This document shows positions 18,447 to 27,227 of a stretch of DNA of 64,000 nucleotides, piece by piece. The notes beneath the pieces are model-generated. The model worked only from the letters and a program-made list of their open reading frames with translations. It was not told the DNA's origin and made no database searches. Each line of letters starts with the position of its first letter. Within the stretch, counting starts at the first letter, position 1. The translations under genes and the position numbers were made by a program. Source of the DNA: a virus (Duplodnaviria; Caudoviricetes); IMG/VR virus record IMGVR_UViG_3300028833_000075, positions 1-64,000 of that record; one strand, written 5' to 3'.

Positions 18447-18672
18447 CCGAGAGAAAGTTATTAAAGGACTTGAGCATTGTGAGTTTGGTGGTTCTGGTCC
18501 TTGTTACGAAAATGATTGTCCGTACTATCAAAGTCACGACTGCACAGATGAATTGAGAAATGACATTCTTTCCCTGTTGAAAGAGCAGGAAGCGGTTGAG
18601 CCAAAATACAAAGAACATATGGATGGATTTGTTGCCGGATTTAAAACTGTTTACCGGGAAACCAACTTTTGA
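18430..18672 (+). CDS. array protein (DREKVIKGLE-CPY-LLKEQEAVEP)
   Basis: shared modules. Confidence 0.7.
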   Translation: MGSSIDREKVIKGLEHCEFGGSGPCYENDCPYYQSHDCTDELRNDILSLLKEQEAVEPKYKEHMDGFVAGFKTVYRETNF

Positions 18673-18696
18673 ACAGTGCAAGGAGATGAAGTGTGA

Positions 18697-19002
18697 ATGA
18701 TTGACCGAAAAAAACTAATTAACGAGTTGGAAATACTAAAAAAATGTAACACAAGAAACTGTATTGATTGTGAATTCTGTATTAAAAAACCCGGAAAATT
18801 ATCAATGTGTATGCTTCGGGAATCAATAGACATATATGATGATATAATTATATTTCTGAAAGAACAGCCAGAAATTGTCCCATGTAAGGATTGCAAATTG
18901 AATATTGGGACACCGCACAATCCTATGTGCAAGAAAGATTGCAATAGTCATGAATCGAATTGGTTCTGCGCTGACGGGGAAAGGAAGAGTGATGATGCTT
19001 GA
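18697..19002 (+). CDS. array protein (LKEQ-PCKDC-WFCADG)
   Basis: shared modules. Confidence 0.7.
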   Translation: MIDRKKLINELEILKKCNTRNCIDCEFCIKKPGKLSMCMLRESIDIYDDIIIFLKEQPEIVPCKDCKLNIGTPHNPMCKKDCNSHESNWFCADGERKSDDA

Positions 19003-19201
19003 CAAGGAGAAGGTTATCAAAGACCTTGAGTTTTGTGTGAATGGTCATTTCAAAGTGGAATTATCATTGGCAACAAAAATTCTTGCCCTGCTGAAAGAGC
19101 AGGAAAACGAATATGAAAATGGGTTTAATGACGCTATGCTTGGCAAACAAGAATTGATGTATGAGGGTATAGATGGAAAATGGCACAAGAAGGACTGGTA
19201 A
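18992..19201 (+). CDS. array protein (DKEKVIKDLE-LLKEQE)
   Basis: shared modules. Confidence 0.65.
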   Translation: MMLDKEKVIKDLEFCVNGHFKVELSLATKILALLKEQENEYENGFNDAMLGKQELMYEGIDGKWHKKDW

Positions 19202-19208
19202 AGTGGGA

Positions 19209-19403
19209 ATGAGCGAGTTTATTATGAAAGCAAGCACAGATGAACAGGCAGAGTTTTGCAGACGATACAGTAATATGCAGGAACTTGTCAGGTGCAAGGA
19301 TTGCACTTTGCGGAACGAGATAAACTGTCCGCAGTATTACAGACGGACAGAGATTTCGGACGATTATTTCTGCGCTGACGGGAAACGCAAGGAAGGTCGG
19401 TGA
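19209..19403 (+). CDS. array protein (VRCKDC-YFCADG)
   Basis: shared modules; junction box GGTAAAGTGGGAATG. Confidence 0.65.
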   Translation: MSEFIMKASTDEQAEFCRRYSNMQELVRCKDCTLRNEINCPQYYRRTEISDDYFCADGKRKEGR

Positions 19404-19409
19404 AGTGAA

Positions 19410-19736
19410 ATGAGCCTTGACAGGGAGAAGGTTATCAAAGGGTTAGAATGTTGCACAAACATAAACATGAAGTGCGAAGAAGAAAAATGTCCGTATTGGA
19501 AAAATGATGATTGTAGCGATGACCTTATGCGTGATGCCCTTTCTCTGCTGAAAGAGCATGAAGCTGTTGAGCCAAGACGGGATGCAAATTGCGTGAGGAT
19601 GTTCCGTTGCGGTGCTTGTGGTAAATATGTCGGATTTATTGATTCAGACCCAGGTGATCCTAATGAGCAGGACAATTATTGCAGGAATTGCGGACGGAAG
19701 GTGAAGTGGGATGGCAATTATAAAGCAATGCGATAA
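19410..19736 (+). CDS. array protein (DREKVIKGLE-CPY-LLKEH-Zn ribbon CGRKVKW)
   Basis: shared modules. Confidence 0.7.
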   Translation: MSLDREKVIKGLECCTNINMKCEEEKCPYWKNDDCSDDLMRDALSLLKEHEAVEPRRDANCVRMFRCGACGKYVGFIDSDPGDPNEQDNYCRNCGRKVKWDGNYKAMR

Positions 19737-19923
19737 ATGTAAAACAATCGTTGGTGTCGATGCTTTGATAACGATTAACAGAAAAAGAAAATGCATAAAC
19801 CAACATGATGGCGAGTACATTACAAGCATACAGACAGATTATGACCTTTGTGAAAAATGTGCAAGGGAGATTGAATTACTCTTTATCAGCGTAGAAAAAG
19901 CAGATGAAGTGATTATGACTTAA
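19711..19923 (+). CDS. zinc-finger protein (CDKC...DLCEKC)
   Basis: junction box start. Confidence 0.6.
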   Translation: MAIIKQCDKCKTIVGVDALITINRKRKCINQHDGEYITSIQTDYDLCEKCAREIELLFISVEKADEVIMT

Positions 19924-19947
19924 ATGCTGGAAAGTCGGTAAAATGGA

Positions 19948-20184
19948 ATGGTTGAAGAGCTGAAACCGTACCCGTTCTGCGGAGGGAAAGCGAAAGTAGC
20001 AAAAGTGCATCCTTCTTTCATGCTCAAGAAATTACATGACTTATACTTTGCTGCAGGTTGTCCTCAATGTGGAGCGTCTACAACAATGTTCAGAACAAAG
20101 AAAACTGGATCACCGACGATGAATGAATGGTATGACGGTGAAGCAAAACAAAAAGCAATCAAAACATGGAATAAAAGAGTTTAA
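19948..20184 (+). CDS. Lar-family restriction alleviation-like protein
   Basis: ELKPYPFCGGKA...CPQCGA...AIKTWNKR; first Cys replaced by Tyr. Confidence 0.7.
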   Translation: MVEELKPYPFCGGKAKVAKVHPSFMLKKLHDLYFAAGCPQCGASTTMFRTKKTGSPTMNEWYDGEAKQKAIKTWNKRV

Positions 20185-20199
20185 AGGCGGTGAAATAGG

Positions 20200-20367
20200 A
20201 TGACTGAAACCATTATTATCCTTTGCGCATTGGGAGCAGCAGCAGTTACGTGCATAATTGGGCTTATCGTTGTTACCTTTAGGGAAAAGAAAATAGAAAA
20301 GAAAACAGGAGAAAAGCCTACATATTACAGTGCCGTCGGTAACTGGTTGAGTGGAAGAAGAAGGTAA
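20200..20367 (+). CDS. small membrane protein, 55 aa, absent from the ORF track
   Basis: MTETIIILCALGAAAVTCIIGLIVV TM segment; preceded by GGCGGTGAAATAGGATG. Confidence 0.5.
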   Translation: MTETIIILCALGAAAVTCIIGLIVVTFREKKIEKKTGEKPTYYSAVGNWLSGRRR

Positions 20368-20373
20368 AGTGGA

Positions 20374-20643
20374 ATGACTGAACGGGAGAAAATTATTAGT
20401 GAACTCCAATCTGCTTTGGAATGGTGTCAACCGGAAGACAATCCAAACGGGAGCATTGCAGTGAAAATATGGGCAGCACGTAATGCTATTATCATGCTAA
20501 AAGAGCTGGAGCCAAAGCCTGTAAAAGTATATGACGAATCGTTCTACTTTTGTCCTAAATGCAATCATCAATTTTATGGGTACTATAAAAGGCCAAACTA
20601 TTGTGACAGATGCGGGCAGGCGGTGAAGTGGAATGAGCCTTAA
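20374..20643 (+). CDS. array protein (EREKII-LKE-Zn ribbon CGQAVKW)
   Basis: shared modules. Confidence 0.7.
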   Translation: MTEREKIISELQSALEWCQPEDNPNGSIAVKIWAARNAIIMLKELEPKPVKVYDESFYFCPKCNHQFYGYYKRPNYCDRCGQAVKWNEP

Positions 20644-20962
20644 ATTTGTAAATAGGATTTGCCCGAACTGCAAAAACCCAAACTATATGGTTTTGCTTGG
20701 AGATTTTTCAAAATTATACAAATACAAATGTGTGAATTGCCACAGATACTTTAACGACATTGATTTTGAGAAAGAACCACTTCGGCCTACTTGGAAAATG
20801 GAGTGTATGAATACAAAAGTAGATATGGTTGAAGTGGTTCGGTGCAAAGACTGTATTTTACGTTTTACAGAAAAATGTATATTGCACGATAAGGCATTCC
20901 CAATAAATAAAGGAAACAAATGGTTTTGCGCTGATGGAGAAAGGTCGGCGAATGGAGAATGA
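20633..20962 (+). CDS. array protein (Zn ribbon plus VRCKDC-WFCADG)
   Basis: shared modules. Confidence 0.7.
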   Translation: MSLKFVNRICPNCKNPNYMVLLGDFSKLYKYKCVNCHRYFNDIDFEKEPLRPTWKMECMNTKVDMVEVVRCKDCILRFTEKCILHDKAFPINKGNKWFCADGERSANGE

Positions 20963-21222
20963 TAGTAATAACTACAATGAATTCACTCCCGGAGCATTGT
21001 TATGAATGTCCATGTTATAATAGTGGGAGCTGTTATTGTCAAGCTGATGAAGAACATAAATGTTCTGATTATAGACCTTTCTGGTGTCCGCTGGAAAAAC
21101 AGGACGTTATCGTACATTGCGAAAACTGCTTTTATTATGATCCAGAAACTGGACGATGCGCAAATAAAACTGTACATGGTAATGCAAAAACATGGTTCTG
21201 TGCAGATGGACGAATGCGGTAA
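20959..21222 (+). CDS. array protein (CYECP...CPL plus VHCENC-WFCADG)
   Basis: shared modules. Confidence 0.7.
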   Translation: MIVITTMNSLPEHCYECPCYNSGSCYCQADEEHKCSDYRPFWCPLEKQDVIVHCENCFYYDPETGRCANKTVHGNAKTWFCADGRMR

Positions 21223-21239
21223 TAAGGAGGATTTTAATT

Positions 21240-21698
21240 ATGAAGTTAACTAATATTTTCAAAAGATTCGGTGAATGGGTTAAGGAACTATTTTCAAAGA
21301 AATTTAAATCAACAGAACAGATATATTGGGTTAACCACATCCATGACGAATATGTGAATGCTTCACAAAAATCCGTCGGAATGTATGCCAATGTTCACGG
21401 ATTTGAAGGGCTAAACGATGATGGCAGCTGGACTTACTGGGTCGGTATTGATACACGGTTTATTGGTATTCGCGTTGCAGATATCGTAATCCGGTGTAAG
21501 AATAAGAGTACCTATGATCGTTGGATTTACCAAGCAACTCACGATCTAAACTCCATGCCAAGTGCTGTGCGAAACGATCCTAATCTTTACTGCCGTCTTG
21601 GAGACGATGTTGAAATTGATTTCAAGTTCCGCTGGGGCGACGAAGAGAAACATTTCAACGTAAGGTTCAGTGGCGATAGATATGCCGAAGAAAGGTAA
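21240..21698 (+). CDS. hypothetical protein
   Basis: AAGGAGG RBS before ATG 21240; 152 aa. Confidence 0.65.
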   Translation: MKLTNIFKRFGEWVKELFSKKFKSTEQIYWVNHIHDEYVNASQKSVGMYANVHGFEGLNDDGSWTYWVGIDTRFIGIRVADIVIRCKNKSTYDRWIYQATHDLNSMPSAVRNDPNLYCRLGDDVEIDFKFRWGDEEKHFNVRFSGDRYAEER

Positions 21699-21729
21699 CT
21701 CGCTGTATTACACACCATTTAATGAGTAC

Positions 21730-21885
21730 AAAAAAAAGAAGCCTTTCGGCTTCAATCCTGTCTGGGTAGTGGCCTTCCGGTCGGCTCGGTGTTGCACTGC
21801 TCCATCAGGGGCGCACCCCATAATCTTGCTTCGACAATCATGTTAGGTCTGAAGAGGGATGTTCCATCTGACCTTCACTCCGACA
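21730..21885 (-). ncRNA. stand-alone structured small RNA, ~155 nt, possibly 6S-like
   Basis: TTGCTT-17 bp-(TG)TATCAT promoter at 21919-21891; GC-rich self-complementary body; GAAGCC-GAAA-GGCTTC-U8 terminator; no credible ORF. Confidence 0.6.
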
Positions 21886-22084
21886 CAAAGATGATACCAC
21901 AAAACAAACAAGCAAGCAACTGAAAGTTGCTGCTTTATAAAGTAATGCCGGGCGATAGCAACCAAGAGTTTATTTTTAATACTAACATGATGATACCAAA
22001 AGATAAAGATGTTGAAGATTTTCTAAAAGATCTTGCAGAAAAAGAAAACATCAAATTGGACAAAGCCTCTTAAAGGAGTTATAC

Positions 22085-22453
22085 ATGACGAAAGACTTAG
22101 AACTACTTCAAGAATGGAAACAACGGTTAGGACTTCAGAACTGGCAGATAACATTAACCGACAATGTTGATCCTGAAGATATGACAGTCAAAGACGCAAT
22201 GGGCTGCACAAGCTATCAGGAAGTCATGAGAACAGCTTCTATTCAGATTATTAATCCTGAAAAGATCGAAGAAACACTCAGACCATTTGATTATGAAGAG
22301 ACACTTGTACATGAATTGCTTCATTTAAAACTTGGTCTTCTTGAACGAGGTACTGACTGGGACAACAAACTTCAATTGAGAGTTCTTCATATGATTATTG
22401 ACGATCTTGCTCGTGCATTAGTCGACGCAAAAAGAAATGGAGGATCCAAATGA
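22085..22453 (+). CDS. HExxH zinc-metallopeptidase-like protein
   Basis: ETLVHELLHL motif. Confidence 0.65.
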   Translation: MTKDLELLQEWKQRLGLQNWQITLTDNVDPEDMTVKDAMGCTSYQEVMRTASIQIINPEKIEETLRPFDYEETLVHELLHLKLGLLERGTDWDNKLQLRVLHMIIDDLARALVDAKRNGGSK

Positions 22454-22671
22454 GGAGAACCATAAGTGTTATCAGATGTGACCGCTGCGGAAAAAGAATA
22501 TATGAAGGAAAATATCATATCATTGAAACCAAATACAATCTTGGTAACCATGTTTATTCGTATGAAGTATGTGATGACTGCATTAAAACTTTTTTTAAAG
22601 CATTGGAATATAAAAATAAAATGCAAAGCATATGGGATAACATATCTGAAGAAAGATTAATTGAGGAATAA
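22450..22671 (+). CDS. zinc-finger protein (CDRCG...VCDDC)
   Basis: paralog of 17655-17864. Confidence 0.6.
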   Translation: MRRTISVIRCDRCGKRIYEGKYHIIETKYNLGNHVYSYEVCDDCIKTFFKALEYKNKMQSIWDNISEERLIEE

Positions 22672-22683
22672 AAGGAGAACAAA

Positions 22684-23265
22684 ATGAAAAATAAATATAA
22701 AATAATTGCATTGATGGCAATCTTGGTTTTATGCATATTTGTATTCTCTGGCTGCGAAAGTAATGGAAATTCAATAGAATACGGGAAAGCTTCCGGCACT
22801 ATCGAAGACACAACAGCTCAAGCGCAAGTTGCCGGAAAGTTAGCTAACAATCAGCCTACCCCAACCGATATTAATTATTCGCTTGAGCGCTACAATCTAA
22901 TCCGCAGAACATATTGGGTAAACGGGCAAAGAGAAAAAGCCAATATGCTTATATGTCCAGTTGAAAAACCTTTAGGATATATTGTAATCTTTGCCGGAAA
23001 TACTGTAGCCGGACGGTTTGTAGTCGATGGCAAAGTCAGCAGCTTAAACAGTTTTCTCACGCCGTCGAACATCGATACATACTACGCCAACGGTGGCGTG
23101 ATCACAACAGAAATGGCCGACGTGGACGGGAGTTACGGAGAGAACGATAACGGTATATTCTTCTTCACTCCAAACGGAAACTATATCGAATGGACAGGAG
23201 AATATCTGTACTCTGATATTCCGTTTGAAATCGATAACCCGATTGTAAAGGTGGTGTCAGAATGA
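22684..23265 (+). CDS. putative lipoprotein
   Basis: signal peptide with FSGC lipobox. Confidence 0.7.
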   Translation: MKNKYKIIALMAILVLCIFVFSGCESNGNSIEYGKASGTIEDTTAQAQVAGKLANNQPTPTDINYSLERYNLIRRTYWVNGQREKANMLICPVEKPLGYIVIFAGNTVAGRFVVDGKVSSLNSFLTPSNIDTYYANGGVITTEMADVDGSYGENDNGIFFFTPNGNYIEWTGEYLYSDIPFEIDNPIVKVVSE

Positions 23266-23660
23266 CAGACAGTGAAAAGAAAACTACGATAATTATCGTA
23301 GGAATAGTAACGGTCATTGTTGCTGTTATACTATTCTTTGTATTGACTCCTACCGGCCGCAAAGAATGGAATAATACAATGTACGAACTGCATAAAGTGG
23401 ACGATGCTACGTTATATTCAACACGTAAACAAGTTGAAGATACATGCAGGTCTATGATGTCCAGCTATACAAGTGATTTGATGACATATAATCAATATAA
23501 AGACAGTGACAATAAAGAGAAGCAAGGCTGGGCCGAGCAAGCAAAGATGCGAGCAAACAAAACAGCCGCAAACTATAACGAATATGTTCTGAAGAACTCT
23601 TTTGTTTGGCAAGGAAACATTCCGGCCGACATAAAGAATAGCTTAGATTACATAAAATAG
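23262..23660 (+). CDS. membrane-anchored protein coupled to the lipoprotein gene
   Basis: N-terminal TM segment; ATGA overlap. Confidence 0.65.
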   Translation: MTDSEKKTTIIIVGIVTVIVAVILFFVLTPTGRKEWNNTMYELHKVDDATLYSTRKQVEDTCRSMMSSYTSDLMTYNQYKDSDNKEKQGWAEQAKMRANKTAANYNEYVLKNSFVWQGNIPADIKNSLDYIK

Positions 23661-23682
23661 AGAATAAAGTGGAGTAAATGAA

Positions 23683-24873
23683 ATGGATCTTAAAATTTTT
23701 ACGGATAATATTGAGGATGCTGCACTATTTCAAATACACAATCTTCTTGCTCAGCCTGTATTCTCTGAATGCAAAGTACGTATTATGCCAGATGTCCACG
23801 CAGGAGCTGGATGTGTAATAGGGTTTACTGCAGACCTTGGAGATAAAGTAATTCCCAACGTAGTCGGAGTAGATATTGGTTGCGGAATGTTGACAGTATC
23901 GCTTGGAGATAGAGATATTGACTTTAATAAATTAGATTCTGTTATTAGAAATAAAGTTCCTTCTGGATTGAACGTACATGAAAGAGATCTTCTACCGTTT
24001 CACGAAATGTATGATTTGATTTGTTATGATAAACTGAAGAATCTTGATTGGCTTGAAAGAAGTCTTGGAACTTTGGGCGGCGGAAATCACTTCATCGAAA
24101 TAGATCAAGGAGACGACGGTTGTAAGTATCTCGTAATCCATACCGGAAGCAGAAACCTGGGAAAACAGGTTGCGGACTATTATCAGTCTATCGCAATTAA
24201 ACGAATTAATAATAATAAGGAAGAACTGAAAAATAAAATTAATCAAATAATCCGAGACTACAAAGAGCAGGGCCGAGAAAAAGAAATTGAACAGGCAATC
24301 AAAGAAATCCGAAAATCATTTTCTAATGTAGAAAAGATGCCAAATGAACTATGCTATCTGGAAGGTCAGGACAGGCTGAACTATCTTCATGACATGGAAA
24401 TATGCCAGAAATTTGCAATTCGAAATAGAGCGACAATCGCTACAATTATCTGCAAATTGATGGCATGGCCAAGCTCTGATCATTTTGAAACAATTCATAA
24501 TTATATTGACATTGAGTCAAATATTATTCGCAAAGGAGCTATCTCTGCAGAAAAAGGCAAGAAGGTTATCATCCCGATTAATATGCGGGACGGCTGTATT
24601 ATCGGGATCGGCAAAGGCAACGAAGACTGGAATTTTTCTGCTCCGCACGGAGCTGGTCGGATTATGTCACGAATAGAAGCTAAAAAGAAAATTCCGTTGG
24701 AAGAATACAGGAATTCAATGACTGGAATCTTTACAACTTCTGTTTCTGAAGACACGTTGGATGAATGCCCTATGGCTTACAAACCAATGGATGAAATAAT
24801 CAATAACATAGAACCAACAATCGAAATACAGGAAATTATAAAACCTGTTTATAATTTTAAAGCAGGAAAATGA
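23683..24873 (+). CDS. rtcB: RtcB RNA ligase
   Basis: MPDVHAG, GVDIGCG, GTLGGGNHF, HTGSR, HGAGR and AYK motifs. Confidence 0.95.
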   Translation: MDLKIFTDNIEDAALFQIHNLLAQPVFSECKVRIMPDVHAGAGCVIGFTADLGDKVIPNVVGVDIGCGMLTVSLGDRDIDFNKLDSVIRNKVPSGLNVHERDLLPFHEMYDLICYDKLKNLDWLERSLGTLGGGNHFIEIDQGDDGCKYLVIHTGSRNLGKQVADYYQSIAIKRINNNKEELKNKINQIIRDYKEQGREKEIEQAIKEIRKSFSNVEKMPNELCYLEGQDRLNYLHDMEICQKFAIRNRATIATIICKLMAWPSSDHFETIHNYIDIESNIIRKGAISAEKGKKVIIPINMRDGCIIGIGKGNEDWNFSAPHGAGRIMSRIEAKKKIPLEEYRNSMTGIFTTSVSEDTLDECPMAYKPMDEIINNIEPTIEIQEIIKPVYNFKAGK

Positions 24874-24874
24874 A

Positions 24875-25066
24875 ATGAACGAACTGTATAAATGGCTCCA
24901 CGATGATATAACTTGGTGTGGAAACGAATGTTCTAATTTGGAATGCGAAAGAAATCTGGCAAATAAATTGTCTAAAGAAGGTTTATTTTCTATGAGTTTA
25001 TTCAGAGAAACAGAAACATGCCCGCTATATAGGAAAGAACACAAAAAGGACGGCAAGCAAAATTGA
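24875..25066 (+). CDS. small Cys-rich protein
   Basis: DITWC...C...CER. Confidence 0.55.
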   Translation: MNELYKWLHDDITWCGNECSNLECERNLANKLSKEGLFSMSLFRETETCPLYRKEHKKDGKQN

Positions 25067-25575
25067 AAGATAATTTAAATGTTTGGACATGGAGTTATCC
25101 AGTAAAATTTTATTTAAAGAAACCATGGAGATGGTTTCGTGAACTAAAATGGAATATACAGAACGCATGGCAGAGAACGACGAAAGGATATTGCTATATT
25201 GATTGGGCTAACTTTGATATGTGGTTTAAGGAAATAGCTCCGAAAATGTTGAGAGATATGGCAATGCATGGACGCGGATATCCGGGAACACATCCTTTTG
25301 AAGATCCTGAAAACTGGAATAGTTGGCTTCATCGTATGGCAGATCAAATCACAACTTGTCAGGATGAAAATGAAGGTAACGAGTATTACGAACTTTACAT
25401 GAACTGTTTAATGAAAGAACCTCAGACAATTCTTGCAAAAGAAGAAACAGACGAAGAAAAGGAACTAAGAGAAAAATACTACAAACGATGGCTCGAATTA
25501 ACTGATGAGCATAAAGAATTATTTAAGAAAACGATGTACGAAATGCTCGAACATTGGGATTGCTTATGGGATTAA
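25063..25575 (+). CDS. hypothetical protein
   Basis: 170 aa, Trp-rich, ends in LWD. Confidence 0.6.
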   Translation: MKDNLNVWTWSYPVKFYLKKPWRWFRELKWNIQNAWQRTTKGYCYIDWANFDMWFKEIAPKMLRDMAMHGRGYPGTHPFEDPENWNSWLHRMADQITTCQDENEGNEYYELYMNCLMKEPQTILAKEETDEEKELREKYYKRWLELTDEHKELFKKTMYEMLEHWDCLWD

Positions 25576-25586
25576 GGAGAAATTAG

Positions 25587-26084
25587 ATGGCACAGATAAT
25601 TACGGCCCCAAATATAGAAACACCTGTATTTCCGTCTGTATTTCTTGCTGGTGGAATTACAAACTGCGATGACTGGCAACAAAAAGTCATTGAAGAATTA
25701 AAATATAAAGATATAACTATTTTTAATCCAAGACAAAATCAATTCGATGTAACAGACAAGTCTGCTTCATATAGACAAATAGTATGGGAATATGAACGTC
25801 TTGAAAAAATGGATATCTTTGCTATGTATTTCTGCAATAGTGATTCAGACCAACCAATTTGTATGTATGAACTTGGAAGAAACATTCTTCGCATGCAAAA
25901 CAGATTTCCAAGTAGCTGGCAGAAAAGAATTATAATAAGTGTCGAAGATGGATACAAACGACAAGAAGATGTAATCATTCAAACATCTCTTTGCGCTCCG
26001 GATTTACTCGTACATACAGGAGTTACTCCGGAACTACATGCGTATCGCATAAAGAATTCACTTCGAACAATTAACAATTTATAA
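25587..26084 (+). CDS. nucleoside 2-deoxyribosyltransferase-like protein
   Basis: SVFLAGGI...WQ...FNPR...QIVWE...ELG. Confidence 0.8.
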   Translation: MAQIITAPNIETPVFPSVFLAGGITNCDDWQQKVIEELKYKDITIFNPRQNQFDVTDKSASYRQIVWEYERLEKMDIFAMYFCNSDSDQPICMYELGRNILRMQNRFPSSWQKRIIISVEDGYKRQEDVIIQTSLCAPDLLVHTGVTPELHAYRIKNSLRTINNL

Positions 26085-26092
26085 AAGCATAT

Positions 26093-26125
26093 AAAAAAGG
26101 CGACACTTTCGAGTGTCGCCTAATT
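26093..26125. terminator. terminator at the junction of the two converging arms
   Basis: AGGCGACACT-TTCG-AGTGTCGCCT, 10-bp stem with A6 on the left. Confidence 0.85.
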
Positions 26126-26844
26126 TATTGGACTTTAGAATACTCACCGCTTACCCATACAACTTTACCTGGGATTTTAATAGCATGCCATCCGTTTTCT
26201 GCTGTTGCAACCCATTCATACATAGCGTTTTTATTTACTTGTGAAACTCTAGAGAAATTCAGTCCATTTCCGGCTCGGAGGTTTACACGATCTGTTGTTA
26301 TAATAACCCTCTTGACCAGGGTGTTTGATTCTTTTTTCACAGTGTTTGACTTGAGCTCAGATGAAACAAACATGTTATAAAACTTCTGGCCGTAATCTGC
26401 TCGTTTTTGCTTCATCGCTTCGCTCGTATTGGCAGGCTTTTCATACTTTGTCATAATAATATCAGATGGCTCTTTAATATTCGTTGCATTTATAATGGAT
26501 TCGTAAACTGGTTTATAGCTGTCTTTCAATTCTTTCCACATATAATTCAATTGAATGTTTATATCTCCAACGGAAGAATTTAAAGATTTAGCATAAGCCA
26601 GTAGTCCTTCTTTACGTGTATAAAAACACCACTGGACTAATCCGAATGCATGTCCGTCTCTTGCGAAATTAATTGTTCCGCTATCAGCTTTTTGAATATA
26701 GTCTGGATCTTTGCTTCCTGTAACATTTTTAGGATTCAGAGAGCTTTCAGCCATTAAATTTCCCATTAAAGCAGCCGTCCCGTAAGCGTTGTGAGATTTT
26801 TCATAAATGAATTTCCAGATTTTTTCTTCGTTCACAATGATCAC
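26125..26844 (-). CDS. lysozyme-family (phage tail lysozyme type) cell-wall hydrolase with SH3b domain
   Basis: MGNLMAESSLNP...GLVQW...QL...YEKPA; C-terminal VNLRAG...GWH...WVSG. Confidence 0.85.
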   Translation of the reverse strand: MIIVNEEKIWKFIYEKSHNAYGTAALMGNLMAESSLNPKNVTGSKDPDYIQKADSGTINFARDGHAFGLVQWCFYTRKEGLLAYAKSLNSSVGDINIQLNYMWKELKDSYKPVYESIINATNIKEPSDIIMTKYEKPANTSEAMKQKRADYGQKFYNMFVSSELKSNTVKKESNTLVKRVIITTDRVNLRAGNGLNFSRVSQVNKNAMYEWVATAENGWHAIKIPGKVVWVSGEYSKVQ

Positions 26845-27215
26845 ACTACTTCTTTATGTTCAACGTTAGTGTTTGAATCAACATAAAGCTTAACTGCTTT
26901 GTTTGTTTTAAACAGTTCTTTAAATTTGGCTAAAACATCATCTACAAGCTGACTAAAATATTCAAATGAAATAAACTTTACAAGATAAGGAAACTTTGCA
27001 ACAAACATATCATACACATAACGAAGTTTTAATTGTCCGGTGCCGCTGCCAAGCTCCCTTTCAGCTTCGGTGACGGCGAATAAAAGCCATTCTTTAATTT
27101 TAGCAATTTGCTCTGCACGAGGAAACTTTAAAAACTTAACAACCAAGTAGATTAAAACAACGACAGCTGCAATTGCAGCAAGAACGATATACCAATTATT
27201 AGCTAAAAACTCCAT
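26841..27215 (-). CDS. holin-like membrane protein
   Basis: N-terminal TM; AVTEAERELGSGTGQLK; lies between the two lysin genes. Confidence 0.7.
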   Translation of the reverse strand: MEFLANNWYIVLAAIAAVVVLIYLVVKFLKFPRAEQIAKIKEWLLFAVTEAERELGSGTGQLKLRYVYDMFVAKFPYLVKFISFEYFSQLVDDVLAKFKELFKTNKAVKLYVDSNTNVEHKEVV

Positions 27216-27227
27216 ATAATCATCTCC

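Larger units (their letters stand above)
15389..21222 (+). repeat. array of ~22 small mosaic genes sharing DNA boxes (GGTGAAGTG..ATG junction; DREKVI, LLKEQ, VRCKDC and WFCADG modules)
   Basis: recurring nucleotide motifs at gene junctions and module boundaries; see findings. Confidence 0.8.

Noticed and set aside
15389-21222. CRISPR array
   Set aside because: The repeats are degenerate, irregularly spaced and lie in or between coding genes.
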